Shown here piece after piece: positions 26,766-28,224 of a stretch of DNA of 28,224 nucleotides. Position 1 is the first letter of the stretch; each line of letters opens with the position of its first letter. This DNA comes from a virus (taxonomy: Duplodnaviria > Caudoviricetes). The DNA lies in IMG/VR virus record IMGVR_UViG_3300020438_000208, positions 1-28,224 of that record; one strand, given 5' to 3'. The notes beneath the pieces are model-generated. The model saw nothing but the letters and a program-made list of their open reading frames with translations, did not search any database and was not told where the DNA came from. A program made the translations under genes and the position numbers.

Positions 26766-27713
26766 ATGGCAACGGCAACTAAAAATGTAGATATTTATTT
26801 GAATGCATTGGATAGAACTATTCAGTACAAAGGCGTTCAAAAACAGATAACTGATAGTTATTGGGAATCAGATATCAGTCCATTACTCTATCCTTTATGG
26901 GATAGTGCTAAGGATAAACTTGAAATGTTTGTTTATAGACTTGATGATACATTTCTAGTGCAAAGAAATAAGTATAAAAAGAACTTTAAAACTAATACAA
27001 ATACGTGGGTTGCATACGAGTTTGATCCAACTGGTGTTGCAGAGTATGATGTAACAGACCTAAGAGACAAATTAAAAGAGAAATTTGTTGAGTTTAGGGA
27101 GGTAGAAGAAGATACGTATGAGAAAGCAGTACAAACAGAGTATGCTAGAACTAACTCATTAACATGGGACAAGGTAAAGGTTGTTAGGAGATTTCTTCTA
27201 CAGGATAGTGATTACACACAAATGGCTGATTCACCTTGTAGTGATGCAGATAAATTATTGTGGAAAAAGTATAGACAATATATTAGAGATCTTCCTACAT
27301 TACAAGCTGCTGCGTCACCATTTGATGTAGTTCTTCCTATTACTCCTGATGAGTATAATGAAAGAAAATCATTATCAGTAGATCAAATAGTTGTTGATAA
27401 GATAGGATTACAAGGTACAGATAAAGATTATCTTGATAGTTCATATCATTTCTGGAAGATGACTACAAGTACATTGAATTCATTTGCACAGAGAATGGTA
27501 TTGTATATTGCTGCAAGAACATCTGTCATTGCACCTATCAGTGGCATTGAAACACAAAGAGTGATGGTAAGTCCATTCCACAAATCATTTACTAATCCTA
27601 ATAATGCTGAAGCAACTGATAAGGTAGTAGATGAAGTGAACGCTAACAATGCTAAGGTAAATAGAGACTTCATTGAAGATCTACTAGATAAGATTGAAAA
27701 GGGAGAATTATAA
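26766..27713 (+). CDS. Protein with phage tail assembly chaperone (Phage_tail_APC-like) domain, 315 aa
   Basis: WDKVKVVRRFLLQDSDYTQMADSP...WKKYRQYIRDLP...LPITP (27165-27347) matches the R..LL..SDWTQ..D.P...W..YRQ.LRDLP pattern; located directly after the fibre genes. Confidence 0.8.
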   Translation: MATATKNVDIYLNALDRTIQYKGVQKQITDSYWESDISPLLYPLWDSAKDKLEMFVYRLDDTFLVQRNKYKKNFKTNTNTWVAYEFDPTGVAEYDVTDLRDKLKEKFVEFREVEEDTYEKAVQTEYARTNSLTWDKVKVVRRFLLQDSDYTQMADSPCSDADKLLWKKYRQYIRDLPTLQAAASPFDVVLPITPDEYNERKSLSVDQIVVDKIGLQGTDKDYLDSSYHFWKMTTSTLNSFAQRMVLYIAARTSVIAPISGIETQRVMVSPFHKSFTNPNNAEATDKVVDEVNANNAKVNRDFIEDLLDKIEKGEL

Positions 27714-28072
27714 TGCTAGTATCATTAAATGCACAACGAGTATATGAACTCGCTAAGTATGCTGCTGAATCAAAGAATAAATTTATTGCTATCATTAATA
27801 ATATTAAATGGTCTACCTTGGATGCTACCAAACAAGCCACAGTTAAAACATATTATGAGGATAGTATACCAACCGATGAGATTGGTGAAGTATTTGGTGA
27901 GCACTATACTATCTACGAATTTGATAGTCAGGCAGTAGCGATTGATACAATGCAAGATTGGATACCATTATCATCTGACCTTGCTGATCAGGATTATTTC
28001 ATTCATGTTCAGGTTGTTACACCTGCTGGTGGTATACCATACGATAACCTTATACCAGATAAACCAGCATAA
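27713..28072 (+). CDS. Hypothetical protein, 119 aa
   Basis: TAATG overlap with the previous stop, GGAG upstream, codon style like its neighbours, ends just before a terminator. No recognisable motif. Confidence 0.75.
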   Translation: MLVSLNAQRVYELAKYAAESKNKFIAIINNIKWSTLDATKQATVKTYYEDSIPTDEIGEVFGEHYTIYEFDSQAVAIDTMQDWIPLSSDLADQDYFIHVQVVTPAGGIPYDNLIPDKPA

Positions 28073-28075
28073 CAC

Positions 28076-28100
28076 TGTGCCACTTTAACAAACTGTCACA
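28076..28100. promoter_or_regulatory. Imperfect inverted repeat, candidate cyanomyovirus early-promoter-associated element
   Basis: TGTGCCACTT-N5-AACTGTCACA with 8/10 dyad match. Resembles the GTG[AC]CAGTT..AACTG[GT]CAC motif I recall from T4-like cyanophage intergenic regions. Confidence 0.6.
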
Positions 28101-28124
28101 AGCACCCACACAGGGTGCTTTTTT
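28100..28124 (+). terminator. Rho-independent terminator ending the structural operon
   Basis: AAGCACCC-ACACA-GGGTGCTT followed by TTTT. Confidence 0.85.
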
Positions 28125-28125
28125 A

Positions 28126-28141
28126 TGCTATGATATAAATG
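28126..28141 (+). promoter_or_regulatory. Extended -10 element (TGCTATGAT) overlapping a near-consensus late promoter (TATAAATG)
   Basis: TGnTATGAT at 28126-28134 and TATAAATG at 28134-28141, downstream of the dyad element. Confidence 0.5.
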
Positions 28142-28224
28142 TTGAGAGGATCACTGGGTTCCTGACTAGTCTGACTTAGAAGCAGACACATGATGTCAAG
28201 GTAATAACAAGATAATCCTAGTCC

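Noticed and set aside
3418-27955. Other short alternative-frame and antisense ORFs in the track
   Set aside because: All lie within long genes, are short, lack recognisable motifs and are explained by the codon bias of the main frame.
15039-28224. Diversity-generating retroelement or invertible tail-fibre cassette
   Set aside because: No reverse transcriptase, recombinase or adenine-specific template/variable repeat pair was seen in this window; a remote template cannot be excluded.
1-28224. CRISPR array or tRNA genes
   Set aside because: No regularly spaced identical repeats or cloverleaf were seen; non-coding space is limited to the two ends.

Overview
This window is a late structural module of a large T4-like myovirus, most likely a marine cyanophage. 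Six tightly packed + strand genes follow a T4 late promoter (TATAAATA): a 4926-aa giant virion protein, three tail-collar fibre paralogues (474, ~462 and 2970 aa), a tail-assembly-chaperone-domain protein and a small hypothetical. The window opens with the 3' end of an unannotated tmRNA (ssrA) of the permuted cyanobacterial type: a tag frame AANNIVAFSRPVSPVRTRELVLA*, a pseudoknot and a terminator. It closes with an inverted repeat, terminator and promoter, then a possible structured RNA. The most striking observation is that repeats in both giant proteins are not tandem but recursively nested like balanced parentheses. Domains open one after another and their missing C-terminal pieces return later in last-in-first-out order. 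This occurs in at least three unrelated repeat families and implies out-and-back, branched 'matryoshka' fibres. All family assignments come from motif recognition by eye; no searches were run.
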